DNA of 64,000 nt from Fidelibacterota bacterium UBA2986 (GCA_002346675.1 DEAI01000006.1:9565-73564), one strand, 5' to 3'; shown: positions 1 to 10,007, numbered from the stretch's first letter. A program made the numbers and translations. Notes: generated by a model from the letters alone, not told the origin.

Positions 1-17
1 GCGCCCCAATTTATCTT

Positions 18-3000
18 CTATTTTACTAATAGCATTTTCTTAAATCCATGAAAATCACCGGCCTCCACAGAGTAGAAATATACCCCTGAAGATACCGGCA
101 CACCATTAGAATCTGTTCCGTTCCACTGAACAAAATGATAGCCCGCTGGATAGCTCTTGTTAGCCAACTCAGCGATCAGCTGTCCACGTGCGTTAAAAAC
201 AGAAACAGACACATCAGCGATCTCCGGTAGTTCAAACCTGATATTGGTCACCGGGTTAAATGGATTCGGGTAGTTTTGAGAGAGAGCGTACTCTACCGGA
301 AGCGAAATGGTCTTAAATACAACCGGATTTAATCCGTTACCAAAAGCTCCGTTCACCTCAAACTCGAACGCATTTGCCAGCTCTTTTATCTCACCGGTAC
401 TCGCATCCATTACTCCAAAGCGGATATTTTCGCCCTGCTCGTGACCGTAAACCATCATTCCAACGGTGTACCTGTCAGCAACAGGGTGATAGATCGGAGC
501 TGCAATACCACGACACTCTTCACCAACAAAGGCAGCTATGATGTCATCACTATCCATCGACTCTTCGCTGTCAATCATCAGGACTCCTGTGATCGTCATA
601 TTGTGCTCATATCCATGATGATTGACCTCCCACGGGGAGTTCAAAAGCTGAGGCATAATTGTTCTCGCCAATTCTCCAGGTGGGTCTGTGTATAGCAGGG
701 TCGCGTCATCGTTCATATTGATCATGTAACCATCAAGAGGCATCATGTTCTCAAGTCCACCCTCAGCAAACCATCCATAGTTATCATAGTAGGATGCGTA
801 GCTGGTCTGGTTCTTAATGAGCGAACCTGACTCTCCAATGGACTCCAAAGCAGCACCTACCTCGTTACCAGATTGCGGTAAATAGCTGACCCAGTTCCAA
901 CCTGCGGAGAGACCAATAGGTCTGTCAGAGAACACAACAGGCTCACCTGTATAGGAGAGAGTAGCGCTCTCATCCATGCTGATCATGTACATACTCTCAA
1001 CATCGATATTCTCAAGTCCACCCTCAGCAAACCACCCATAGTTATCGTAGTAGGATGCGTAGCTGGTCTGGTTCTTAATGAGCGAACCTGACTCTCCAAT
1101 AGACTCCAAAACAGACGCAACACCGAGATCATCGCCCTCTACGTTCAAGCTAAACCAGTTCCAACCTGCGCTTAGGTCAACATCTACGGTTAAATCATAT
1201 TCCGCTGCCTCTGGAGTGGCACACGCTTCATTTGAGTGGCCAGACTCTGATCCATCTTGGAAGACCTGAGTAACGGTATAGCAGTACTCCACATCGCCCG
1301 CTAGTGGGGCATCAGTAAACGAGCTGCTCTCTACACCTTCAGCTGCCAAAGCACCATCACGGTAGACATTAAAAGTATCTTCTCCCGGCTCACTGCTCTC
1401 ACCAGGTACAACAACTAAATGCAGAGACGTAAACGCAGGATTATCTAGCACCAGAGAATTCTCAACGGTCATATCTACGCTGATCATATTACCTCCAAAT
1501 GCATCCTGGAGTGTAAATGATCCGTGAGCGCTGAGTCCCGCATTGCTCCAAGAAAGCTCAATATAATTATCCACATCGTACATTAGCGCGACCTCATAGA
1601 CATGCTCAACACCAACATCGTCTAAGTTACCATTTAATACCTGGCTATAGAATCTGTCTCCGTTCCAAACCAGCGCTGCATCAAATGCAGGCGGAGGAGG
1701 GGCTGGAGGCGCAAAAGAATCTGTTTCCTCATCATAGCCATCAGTGGCATCAGGTGAAAGACCTATGGTAAGATCATAGGTTCCGCCCTGAGTTCCACCG
1801 GAAGAGTTAAAGGTAAATGTAAAATCTGGTGTACCCTCAGGCGGTGGCACCGGCTCAAATGGTGTCATATGTAGCTTTAAGGTATTTAACGCAGGATTAC
1901 AAGATTCGGCTGAACTCTCAGCGGTCATATCAATCTCAAAAAGAATTCCGCCAAATGCATCTCTCAAGTAAAAACTACCGAGCTCTGACCATCCAGCATT
2001 GTCCCAGGACGCTGTAACACATCCATCTGTTCCGTACTGGAGCAGGACATCTACGACATGCTCACTGTAGTCCACATCACCCCCTAGAATCTGCGTATAA
2101 TATCTGTCACCACCCCAGCCCAGGGCCGCATCAAATGCAGGTGGAGGAGGCGCAGGTGGCGCATATGTGTCAGTGCCAGCATCGTATCCATCGGAAGCGT
2201 CCGGCGAAAACCCTGTCACCAAGGACAGAGTCTGCCCGTCACCGCTCACATCAACCTGGATAGTAAAATCTGCTCCATCATCACGATTATTATCATTGAT
2301 CGCATCCCAAGACAGATGAACTTCTTCAATACCAGCGATTGCGGTCAAGTTAGAGGGCGCAGGTGGCGGAGGAGGAGTGATGTCTATGACATCACCTTCA
2401 TCACGCGGCTGAATTTTATATGCACCATATGAAAAATAGAGCGGTCCGGTAACTACGTACTCATCCCCTGCTGCAGCTTCATAGCCAAACATCTGGTCAT
2501 CTATCCTCGCGGATCCAGAGTCATCGTTAATGGACCACTCACCATAGCCAAGGTCACTCTCATCACACACACCTGAGGTGGTAACGAGAACACCCTCGTA
2601 GGCCTCATCATTAACCTCAGCGGTACTCAATACTACCGGCTCCGGCAGCGGAACACCGCTTTCTAACAACTCAGCAGACACATACACCAATTCCGTCAAT
2701 CCATAATATTCCTCTACAATACCGGTGAACTGTCCCAAGTCACCTAACTCAACATTCTCAGGCTCTTCACCCGCAAATACCCAAATACCGTTCCAGGCAC
2801 CAGACCCATCCTGTATATAAACTCCATTGCTAGCTATTGCCGTGACAACACCCACGGTCGTTACCTCTTGCCCCGCATATGGAGATTCTTCTGCCTGTCC
2901 CTGGATCTCGTAGATCGTTATTGGACCAGGTGGCGGGCCAGCTACTGCAGGCGTCACCTTGAGCTTCAATGTGTTTAGCGCAGGGTTATCTAAATAGAGT

Positions 3001-6000
3001 GAATTATCTGCTAACATATCAACACTGACCAGCATACCGCCAAAGGCATCTTCCAGTGCAAACGTACCTTGATCACTCCAGCCACTATTATCCCACTCAA
3101 GCGTTATAGAACCATCAGCTCCAAACTGCAGTAGGACATCCCAAACGTGCTCTTCAAGGTCATCCTCAGAGCCATTCAGAATCTGAGTATAGTAGCGGTC
3201 ACCGCCCCAACCAAGCGCTGCATCAAAGGCAGGTGGAGGAGGCGCTGGAGGCGCATATGTATCAATACCAGCGTCATATCCGTCAGTTGCATCAGGAGAA
3301 AAACCAAAGCTCATTGTCAAGCTCTGATCATCGCCGGTTGCGGTAATTGTATTTGTGAAATTGGGATCACTGGAAGGAGTTGGACATCCGCTCCACGGAT
3401 GAGGATCAAGCACCAGATCACCATCGGTAAGTAAAAATCCACGATTGCTCCACTCAACGTTATAGGCACACTCATCGGGAACATCCTCAACTATATCCCA
3501 GCCACCACATGTATATTTATATTCGTATGCAACATCTGAGGCATAGAGCACCATGGATGTAGTAAAGACACCGTCAACATCTTCATCAGAGAGCTCAGCT
3601 CCCCAGCCGGACCAGTTGTCCATTGAGCCGGTCACCCAGGGATTACCCGCACACTGGGAATCCGTAAGCTGAAATGTAACGCTATACTCTGGAGCACATG
3701 ACTGACAGGGCACGGTAAATCCCGTATCTCCCGTCACACTGCCATCAGGACCAACAACTACCGTCGGGTTTGAATCAAAACCTGCCAACGAGGGCAGCCA
3801 GATTCCCCACTCAGAGCCGTCATTCTCTATAGCTCCCCACTCGTAGCTTCCCGCCTCAAGGTCAAGGGTAAGGGTCCACGTTCCGCTGGCAGGATCAGTA
3901 TTGTTCATGTCAACGTTGGCCCAGTCTGTCATGGTTCCCTTGAGCTCAACATCCTGGTAATTATTACCATCATCAACAACGGTAAATGTTACTGGATGCG
4001 TGTCCGGCTCACCCGAACCGGGCAGCGGAGTTACTAATAATTTTAATCCGGTAAAGGCAGGGTTATCCACTGTAAGTGAATTGTCTGCTAGCATATCCAC
4101 ATTGATCATCATACCGCCAAAGGCATCCTGAAGAACACAGGAACTCATAAGGTCTGACCAGCCTGCGTTGTCCCAGGACAACTCAACAAGACCATCTGAC
4201 CCAAACGCAAGAGCAACACCATATTCATGCTCAACCAGGTCATCAGCCGATCCATTCAGAATCTGCGTATAATATCTATCTCCAGCCCAATTTAATGCTG
4301 CATCAAATGCAGGTGGAGGAGGCGCAGGAGGCGCATAATTATCTATACCGTCATCAAATCCGTCTGTAGCATCTGGCGAAAATCCAAATGTCAATGTATA
4401 TGAAGAGCCCTCTCCGGACGCCATAATATCAGCTGAAAAATCTGGGTCGCCCGCAGGTGGTGGTGGCGGCTCATCACCAGGACATCCGCTCCACGCGTGC
4501 TGCTCTAGAACCATGTCGCTCTCTCCAAGAACAAATCCACGGTTGCCCCACTCTACATTGTAGGCACACTCATCTGGAACATTCTCAACTTGATCCCATC
4601 CGCCACAGGTATACTTATATTCGTATGCGGCTTCCTGAGGTATAAGAGCCATGGTTACACTTGAAACACCGTCACCATCCTCATCAGAGAGCTCAGCTCC
4701 CCAGCCGGACCACCCGTCCATAGAACCGGTCACCCAGGGGTTGCCCTCACAGGGGTCATCTGTCAACTGAAATGTAACATCATATGTAGCGGGAGGCTGA
4801 AGCTCATCACAAAAACCGTCACCGCAAATACCAAAACATGCGTTTACAGTAACATCATCCTCTCCCCACTCAAGAAACCTGTCGTTCCAGTTATCGGGAT
4901 CTGCACAGTCCTGTCCAGCAATATTTTCCTTACAATCCCAGCCACAATCACCATTTAGATATGTATGGTGAGAGCCCGTGCTTGCAGGGCGGGTCAGCGT
5001 AATTGTCCAGATATCATCACCATCATCATCGCTCATGGCATTATCAGCGGGACCACCAAAGAGCGCGCCGCCACCAACAAATACACTATTGCCAGTTTCA
5101 ACACTGCTCATATCCAGGTTAAAGGTGATATCAACGGTTGGAATATCAACACACTCTCCATCAACACACTCCTGCCACGGACCACACTCAACATCTGCGC
5201 AGGGGTCTGTATCTATAGACTCCGCTGTCTTAAGAGTAAATGTCCAGTAGCCAGGACCAAAATTGATAAACACTGTCATGGTGGTTTCATCATCAGAGAC
5301 TGTCGCATCATAGGTAATGGACTCCGGAGCGTCATCAGGACTGGTTAGCTCACCTCCATTAACTGCCTTTGCGAGACCTAAAAAGGCACCGACACCGTTC
5401 AAGGTTACCGTACCAAAGTTCCAACCATCACCAGACGCAAAAGCGTAAGAGTAGGTTGCAGGATTTGAACCATCATGAGGATAAACCGGCGCTCCACAGC
5501 CCTCCGGCTCTCCACCTGACTGCCAGCCCTCTATCCAGGTTTCATCCTGTAAAACATTTGAAAATGTACCATCTTCATTAAAAATATATTCATCGTCAAA
5601 GAGACACGCCCTTGTGGCGACATCCTCTTCGCTGTTTGCCCACCAACTTCCATCATTTGGGTTGGGACCTACAGCCAACGCTCCCGCCTGAGGCGCGAGC
5701 CTCCAGGTTGTTTTTATATCAATTTCCGGCGGCCCGTCACCAGCACATCCGCTCCATGGGTGAGAGTCAAGGATCATATTATTTGAGAGGACAAATCCAC
5801 GGTTGCTCCACTCTACATTGTAGGCACACTCATCTGGAACATTCTCAACCTGATCCCATCCGCCACAGGTGTACTTGTATTCATAGGCAACATCTGAGGC
5901 ATTCAAAACCATCGATACCATATACATACCATCACCATCGCCATCAGAGAGCTCAGCTCCCCAGCCGGACCAGTTGTCCATGGAGCCGGTTACCCAGGGA

Positions 6001-9000
6001 TTACCATCACAGGGCACGGAGCCCCAGCTGTCATCCAACTGAAAGGTAACAGTATACTCCGGACTGCAGGTCTGACATGGAACGGTAAATCCTGTATCAC
6101 CATTCACATCACCGTCAGGACCAACAATTACAACTGGGTTATAATCAAAACCTGCCAAGGAAGGCAGCCAGATTCCCCACTCAGAGCCGTCATTCTCTAT
6201 GGCTCCCCACTCATAGGCTCCCGGTTCAAGGTCAAGCGTAAGTGTCCACGTACCGCTGCCATCATTGTTCATATCAACGTTGGCCCAGTCTGTCATGCTT
6301 CCCTTAAGCTCAATATCCTGGTAATTATTTCCGTCATCCACAACGGTAAACGTCACAGGGTTCGTAGTCGGTCCACTTGAGCCAGCAGAAGGAGTAACAA
6401 ATAATTTTAAACTGGTAAAAGCAGTATTATCCACTGTAAGCGAATTGTCTACTAACATATCCACCCAGATCATCATACCGCCAAAAGCATCCTCAAGCTC
6501 ACAGCCACTCATAAGGTCTGACCAGCCTGTATTGTCCCAGGACAATTCAATCAGGCCATCAGAGCCAAAGGCAAGAGAAATATCATACTCGTGCTCAACC
6601 AGATCATCTATCGATCCGTTAAGGATCTGTGTATAATAGCGGTCACCGCCCCAGCTCAACGCTGCATCAAATGCAGGAGGAGGAGGTGAAGGAGGAGCAT
6701 AGGTATCTATACCTTCATCAAAACCGTCCGTCGCATCTGGCGAAAATCCGAACGTCATGTTATATGTATTGCCCTCTCCGGTGGCTGAAAAACTAGCTGC
6801 GAAATCAGGATGGCCTGCCGGAGGCTCAGGGGTTACATCAACAACATCATTCTCATCCCTAGGCTGTATCTTAAAAGCACCATAAGAATAATCAAGAGGA
6901 CCGGAAACTGTGTAGTGATTTCCGACCGTAGCCATATAGGCGTACATTTTGTCATCGATTCTACCGGGAGCGGTTCCATCATTTATGGACCACTCACCAT
7001 AGCCTAGATCGTTATTATCGCACTCACCGGTTGCGACCACAACAACTGACTCATTTTCCTCTTCCATTACACCGGTCTGAATTCCAACTGGCGTGGGTAA
7101 AGGATTACCGCTTGATAAAACATTTACCTCTTCAAGTTCAATTTCAGTTAAATCATAATATTCTAAAACCGTACCTACTACAGTAACATCATCTCCAATG
7201 GCAACCGCATCTGCACCACCATAGACCCAAATACCACACCAATCTGCTGACCCTGATGATCCATCACAATCCTGCATCCAGAATCCACTAGATGTCACAC
7301 CGGTGACAATACCATACGAATATACCAACACATCCACATATGGAGAGGCATCAGCCTGTCCCTGTATCTCATAAATGCTTAGATCTAATGGCTGAACTGG
7401 ATACTCACAGCAGTCATTACCGCCATCCTCACAGCCATCAGAATCAGCGTCATAGTTTAACGCATCAGGATCTAAACAGCCCCAGTTTTCACCTGCTGGC
7501 TCATCAATGTGCCAACCTAATGTTGAAGGTGTATAGTCAGCCGTAGGACGCTCCGCAACAACCCACTCAGAGTCATCAGCGTTTGTACCGGCAGATGAGG
7601 CCCAGTCACCACTGTTACCTGAGGACACCTCATCCTTTCTCACAAGGGTATTATCTTTGGTGGCGTTATTAACACCGGCAACCGCCCAGCCCGAACCCGG
7701 GTCATCACCCAGCTCACCTATAAGATCTAATATTGATAAAGTTGTCGTATCAGTCAACGCAAAGGCATCATCACCGTTTGAAAGATATGTAAATGTCTGA
7801 TCACACTCTGCCTGAATCCCATCACTTGCAGAACCGTGACAGACCACATAAACCTCACCCGCTGCCAATGTGGTTCCATCTTCAAAGGTCACATTGTTCG
7901 GATAATCAAAAGAACCGGTTTCATCACAGCCATTAGAACAGCTGGAAAGGGAAAAATCAGCCAGATTTACATCTTCATCTGAGCCATTATAAATCTCTAA
8001 ATATTTATTATTGCTTGAGCCCTCTGCAGCCTCCGAAAAGAAAAGCTCCGGAAAATCTGCAGGTGGCGGCCCGTCACCAGGACATCCACTCCACGGGTGA
8101 GAGTCAAGCGTCAGGTCACCATCGTTCAAAAAGAATCCGCGGTTGTGCCACTCCGCATTATATGCACACTCATCCGGGACATCCTCAACCTGGTCCCATC
8201 CGCCACAGGTATACTTGTACTCATAGGCAACATCTGAGGCATTCAGCACCATTGACGCACTGTAAATACCATCCCCATCTCCATCTGAGAGCTCGGCTCC
8301 CCAGCCGGACCATCCATCCATAGAACCGGTCACCCAGGGATTTCCAGTACACGGAACTGAGCCCCATGTATTATCTAGCTGAAAGGTAACACTATACTCA
8401 GACGGTGGTGGCGGCTCATATGTCCCAGGAGTAATACTAAAATGTAGCACGGTATGCTCGCTCACGCTAACACCCTCTACCTCATTCATATTCACGCTTA
8501 AAAGATCACCGCCAAAGGCATCTGAAAGCGTAAAAGTACCAAACCCATTTAACAAGGAATTATCCCACGCAAGATCAATAACACCGCTCTCATCATACTG
8601 CAGAAGAACATCAAACACGTGAGCCTCACCAAAATCACTCTCACTGCTTCCAAGCATCTGGATAAAGTAGCGGTCACCCTCCCAGCCAAGGGCTGCATCA
8701 AATGCAGGTGGAGGTGGCGCTGGAGGTGCATAATCATCAATATTTGGATCAAACCCGTCCGTAGTAGAACTAGAAAATCCAGCCATAAGGTGATACTCAT
8801 CTGAGCCAGATGAAACGATCAGGTGAACACCAAATTCAGGCCCAGCGGGTGGCGGCTCGTCACCAGCACATCCGCTCCACGGGTGTGAATCCAAAACTGT
8901 ATTATCCGAGAGAACAAATCCACGGTTCTGCCAATCACAGTTGTAGGCACAATCACAGGGAACATCCTCAACCTGGTCCCATCCGCCACAGGTGTACTTA

Positions 9001-10007
9001 TACTCATAGGCAACATCTGAGGCATTCAAAACCATGGACACCGTATATATACCATCACCATCGCCATCGGAGAGCTCAGCTCCCCAGCCGGACCAGTTAT
9101 CCATAGAGCCTGTTAACCAGGGATTGCCATCACAGGGCACAGAGCCCCAGCTGTCATCCAACTGAAAGGTAACACTGTACTCAGGACTACATGTCTGACA
9201 GGGAACCTCAAATCCCGTGTCACCTGTGACACTCCCGTCAGGGCCAACCACAACCGTTGGGTTTGTTTCAAAACCTGCCAGCGAGGGCAGCCAGATTCCC
9301 CACTCAGAGCCGTCATTCTCTATAGCTCCCCACTCATAGCTTCCCGCTTCAAGGTCAAGCGTAAGGGTCCACGTTCCGCTGCCATCGTTGCTCATATCAA
9401 CGTTGGCCCAGTCAGTCATAGTTCCTTTGAGCTCAACATCCTGATAATTATTTCCGTCATCCGTAACTGTAAAGGTAACGGGAAAAGTGTCCGGCTCTTC
9501 TGAGCCAGCCAAAGGAGTAACCATTAGCTTCAAACCGGTAAAGGCAGGATTAGTCAAGGAAGCGCTTGCATCAGAAAGCATATCCACATTTATCATCATA
9601 CCGCCAAAGGCATCCTGAAGAACACAGGAGCCCATTAGGTCTGACCAGCCGGTATTATCCCAGCTTAGATTAATAGTGTTATTACTATCATACGCAAGAG
9701 CTATATCATATACGTGCTCCACAAGGTCATCATTGGAGCCACTTAAAATTTGGGTATAATACCTTTCGCCACCCCACGTCAACGCAGCATCAAAGGCAGG
9801 AGGAGGGGGTGCGGGAGGGGCATAGCTGTCTAGCCCGTCATCAAATCCGTCCGTCGCATCAGGCGAAAATCCAAAGGTCAGTGGGTAGGACTGTTCTCCG
9901 CCGCCATCTGCATTTATCGTACCAGAAAAATTAGGCCCTTGCGCAAAAAGACCTGTCGCTAAAAAGGATACAAAAAATAACTTTGTAACTGTTGAAGGTG
10001 AATTCAT
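18..10007 (-). CDS. Giant (~3,330 aa) acidic modular secreted surface protein with a T9SS (Por) C-terminal sorting domain. Carries multiple CBM20/E-set-like beta-sandwich modules, one lamin-tail-like (LTD) module and two 'IYEIQG' OB-like modules. No catalytic domain recognised.
   Basis: One uninterrupted ORF (track 18..10037). Preferred start is ATG 10007 (MNSPSTVTKLFFVSFLATGLFAQ, a signal peptide) with GGAGGA at 10015-10020. The C-terminus (LSQNYPNPFNPVTNIRFEL...SGVYFYSVEAGDF..KKMLLVK) is the classic T9SS type-A tail. Five '..GNPWxTGSMDxWSGWGAELSD..YEYKYTCGGWD' modules resemble starch-binding-type CBMs. 'FFSEAAEGSSNNKYLEIYNGS' is LTD-like. Confidence 0.85.
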   Translation of the reverse strand: MNSPSTVTKLFFVSFLATGLFAQGPNFSGTINADGGGEQSYPLTFGFSPDATDGFDDGLDSYAPPAPPPPAFDAALTWGGERYYTQILSGSNDDLVEHVYDIALAYDSNNTINLSWDNTGWSDLMGSCVLQDAFGGMMINVDMLSDASASLTNPAFTGLKLMVTPLAGSEEPDTFPVTFTVTDDGNNYQDVELKGTMTDWANVDMSNDGSGTWTLTLDLEAGSYEWGAIENDGSEWGIWLPSLAGFETNPTVVVGPDGSVTGDTGFEVPCQTCSPEYSVTFQLDDSWGSVPCDGNPWLTGSMDNWSGWGAELSDGDGDGIYTVSMVLNASDVAYEYKYTCGGWDQVEDVPCDCAYNCDWQNRGFVLSDNTVLDSHPWSGCAGDEPPPAGPEFGVHLIVSSGSDEYHLMAGFSSSTTDGFDPNIDDYAPPAPPPPAFDAALGWEGDRYFIQMLGSSESDFGEAHVFDVLLQYDESGVIDLAWDNSLLNGFGTFTLSDAFGGDLLSVNMNEVEGVSVSEHTVLHFSITPGTYEPPPPSEYSVTFQLDNTWGSVPCTGNPWVTGSMDGWSGWGAELSDGDGDGIYSASMVLNASDVAYEYKYTCGGWDQVEDVPDECAYNAEWHNRGFFLNDGDLTLDSHPWSGCPGDGPPPADFPELFFSEAAEGSSNNKYLEIYNGSDEDVNLADFSLSSCSNGCDETGSFDYPNNVTFEDGTTLAAGEVYVVCHGSASDGIQAECDQTFTYLSNGDDAFALTDTTTLSILDLIGELGDDPGSGWAVAGVNNATKDNTLVRKDEVSSGNSGDWASSAGTNADDSEWVVAERPTADYTPSTLGWHIDEPAGENWGCLDPDALNYDADSDGCEDGGNDCCEYPVQPLDLSIYEIQGQADASPYVDVLVYSYGIVTGVTSSGFWMQDCDGSSGSADWCGIWVYGGADAVAIGDDVTVVGTVLEYYDLTEIELEEVNVLSSGNPLPTPVGIQTGVMEEENESVVVVATGECDNNDLGYGEWSINDGTAPGRIDDKMYAYMATVGNHYTVSGPLDYSYGAFKIQPRDENDVVDVTPEPPAGHPDFAASFSATGEGNTYNMTFGFSPDATDGFDEGIDTYAPPSPPPPAFDAALSWGGDRYYTQILNGSIDDLVEHEYDISLAFGSDGLIELSWDNTGWSDLMSGCELEDAFGGMMIWVDMLVDNSLTVDNTAFTSLKLFVTPSAGSSGPTTNPVTFTVVDDGNNYQDIELKGSMTDWANVDMNNDGSGTWTLTLDLEPGAYEWGAIENDGSEWGIWLPSLAGFDYNPVVIVGPDGDVNGDTGFTVPCQTCSPEYTVTFQLDDSWGSVPCDGNPWVTGSMDNWSGWGAELSDGDGDGMYMVSMVLNASDVAYEYKYTCGGWDQVENVPDECAYNVEWSNRGFVLSNNMILDSHPWSGCAGDGPPEIDIKTTWRLAPQAGALAVGPNPNDGSWWANSEEDVATRACLFDDEYIFNEDGTFSNVLQDETWIEGWQSGGEPEGCGAPVYPHDGSNPATYSYAFASGDGWNFGTVTLNGVGAFLGLAKAVNGGELTSPDDAPESITYDATVSDDETTMTVFINFGPGYWTFTLKTAESIDTDPCADVECGPWQECVDGECVDIPTVDITFNLDMSSVETGNSVFVGGGALFGGPADNAMSDDDGDDIWTITLTRPASTGSHHTYLNGDCGWDCKENIAGQDCADPDNWNDRFLEWGEDDVTVNACFGICGDGFCDELQPPATYDVTFQLTDDPCEGNPWVTGSMDGWSGWGAELSDEDGDGVSSVTMALIPQEAAYEYKYTCGGWDQVENVPDECAYNVEWGNRGFVLGESDMVLEQHAWSGCPGDEPPPPPAGDPDFSADIMASGEGSSYTLTFGFSPDATDGFDDGIDNYAPPAPPPPAFDAALNWAGDRYYTQILNGSADDLVEHEYGVALAFGSDGLVELSWDNAGWSDLMSSCVLQDAFGGMMINVDMLADNSLTVDNPAFTGLKLLVTPLPGSGEPDTHPVTFTVVDDGNNYQDVELKGTMTDWANVDMNNTDPASGTWTLTLDLEAGSYEWGAIENDGSEWGIWLPSLAGFDSNPTVVVGPDGSVTGDTGFTVPCQSCAPEYSVTFQLTDSQCAGNPWVTGSMDNWSGWGAELSDEDVDGVFTTSMVLYASDVAYEYKYTCGGWDIVEDVPDECAYNVEWSNRGFLLTDGDLVLDPHPWSGCPTPSSDPNFTNTITATGDDQSLTMSFGFSPDATDGYDAGIDTYAPPAPPPPAFDAALGWGGDRYYTQILNGSEDDLEEHVWDVLLQFGADGSITLEWDNSGWSDQGTFALEDAFGGMLVSVDMLADNSLYLDNPALNTLKLKVTPAVAGPPPGPITIYEIQGQAEESPYAGQEVTTVGVVTAIASNGVYIQDGSGAWNGIWVFAGEEPENVELGDLGQFTGIVEEYYGLTELVYVSAELLESGVPLPEPVVLSTAEVNDEAYEGVLVTTSGVCDESDLGYGEWSINDDSGSARIDDQMFGYEAAAGDEYVVTGPLYFSYGAYKIQPRDEGDVIDITPPPPPAPSNLTAIAGIEEVHLSWDAINDNNRDDGADFTIQVDVSGDGQTLSLVTGFSPDASDGYDAGTDTYAPPAPPPPAFDAALGWGGDRYYTQILGGDVDYSEHVVDVLLQYGTDGCVTASWDNAGWSELGSFYLRDAFGGILFEIDMTAESSAESCNPALNTLKLHMTPFEPVPPPEGTPDFTFTFNSSGGTQGGTYDLTIGLSPDATDGYDEETDSFAPPAPPPPAFDAALVWNGDRFYSQVLNGNLDDVGVEHVYEVALMYDVDNYIELSWSNAGLSAHGSFTLQDAFGGNMISVDMTVENSLVLDNPAFTSLHLVVVPGESSEPGEDTFNVYRDGALAAEGVESSSFTDAPLAGDVEYCYTVTQVFQDGSESGHSNEACATPEAAEYDLTVDVDLSAGWNWFSLNVEGDDLGVASVLESIGESGSLIKNQTSYASYYDNYGWFAEGGLENIDVESMYMISMDESATLSYTGEPVVFSDRPIGLSAGWNWVSYLPQSGNEVGAALESIGESGSLIKNQTSYASYYDNYGWFAEGGLENMMPLDGYMINMNDDATLLYTDPPGELARTIMPQLLNSPWEVNHHGYEHNMTITGVLMIDSEESMDSDDIIAAFVGEECRGIAAPIYHPVADRYTVGMMVYGHEQGENIRFGVMDASTGEIKELANAFEFEVNGAFGNGLNPVVFKTISLPVEYALSQNYPNPFNPVTNIRFELPEIADVSVSVFNARGQLIAELANKSYPAGYHFVQWNGTDSNGVPVSSGVYFYSVEAGDFHGFKKMLLVK
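747..848 (-). repeat. Intragenic near-identical direct repeat, copy 2 (encodes LESIGESGSLIKNQTSYASYYDNYGWFAEGGLEN)
   Basis: About 100 nt almost identical to 1008-1109, with only a few substitutions seen by eye. The encoded 34 aa are identical in both copies. Confidence 0.9.
1008..1109 (-). repeat. Intragenic near-identical direct repeat, copy 1
   Basis: Pairs with 747-848. Lies inside a duplicated ~85-aa 'SAGWNW(F/V)S...' module of the giant protein. Confidence 0.9.
1401..1832 (-). repeat. 'APPxPPPPAFDAAL' module, copy 7 of 7 (~145 aa, unassigned family)
   Basis: Core motif APPAPPPPAFDAAL is encoded at 1671-1712. Flanks are G(F/L)SPDATDGYD upstream and W.GDR(Y/F)Y.Q.L.G...EH....L......I.L.W.N.G......L.DAFGG.......M downstream. 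Confidence 0.85.
1854..2276 (-). repeat. 'APPxPPPPAFDAAL' module, copy 6 of 7
   Basis: Core motif at 2121-2162. Same conserved flanks as the other copies. Confidence 0.85.
2940..3368 (-). repeat. 'APPxPPPPAFDAAL' module, copy 5 of 7
   Basis: Core motif at 3213-3254. Confidence 0.85.
4017..4451 (-). repeat. 'APPxPPPPAFDAAL' module, copy 4 of 7
   Basis: Core motif at 4293-4334. This copy is very similar to copies 1 and 3 along its whole length. Confidence 0.85.
6381..6812 (-). repeat. 'APPxPPPPAFDAAL' module, copy 3 of 7
   Basis: Core motif (APPSPPPPAFDAAL) at 6657-6698. Confidence 0.85.
8424..8843 (-). repeat. 'APPxPPPPAFDAAL' module, copy 2 of 7
   Basis: Core motif at 8688-8729. Confidence 0.85.
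9507..9932 (-). repeat. 'APPxPPPPAFDAAL' module, copy 1 of 7
   Basis: Core motif at 9780-9821. Lies directly after the signal peptide. Confidence 0.85.

Noticed and set aside
2376-8057. Calling the 3,330-aa protein an extracellular nuclease
   Set aside because: Only accessory (LTD, OB-like) modules are recognisable. No catalytic EEP or other nuclease motif was found by eye, so a functional nuclease call is unsupported.
1401-9932. CRISPR-like or satellite repeat array suggested by regularly recurring motifs
   Set aside because: The repeats are 300-550-nt in-frame protein modules with divergent sequence, not short identical repeats with unique spacers. No cas genes are present.
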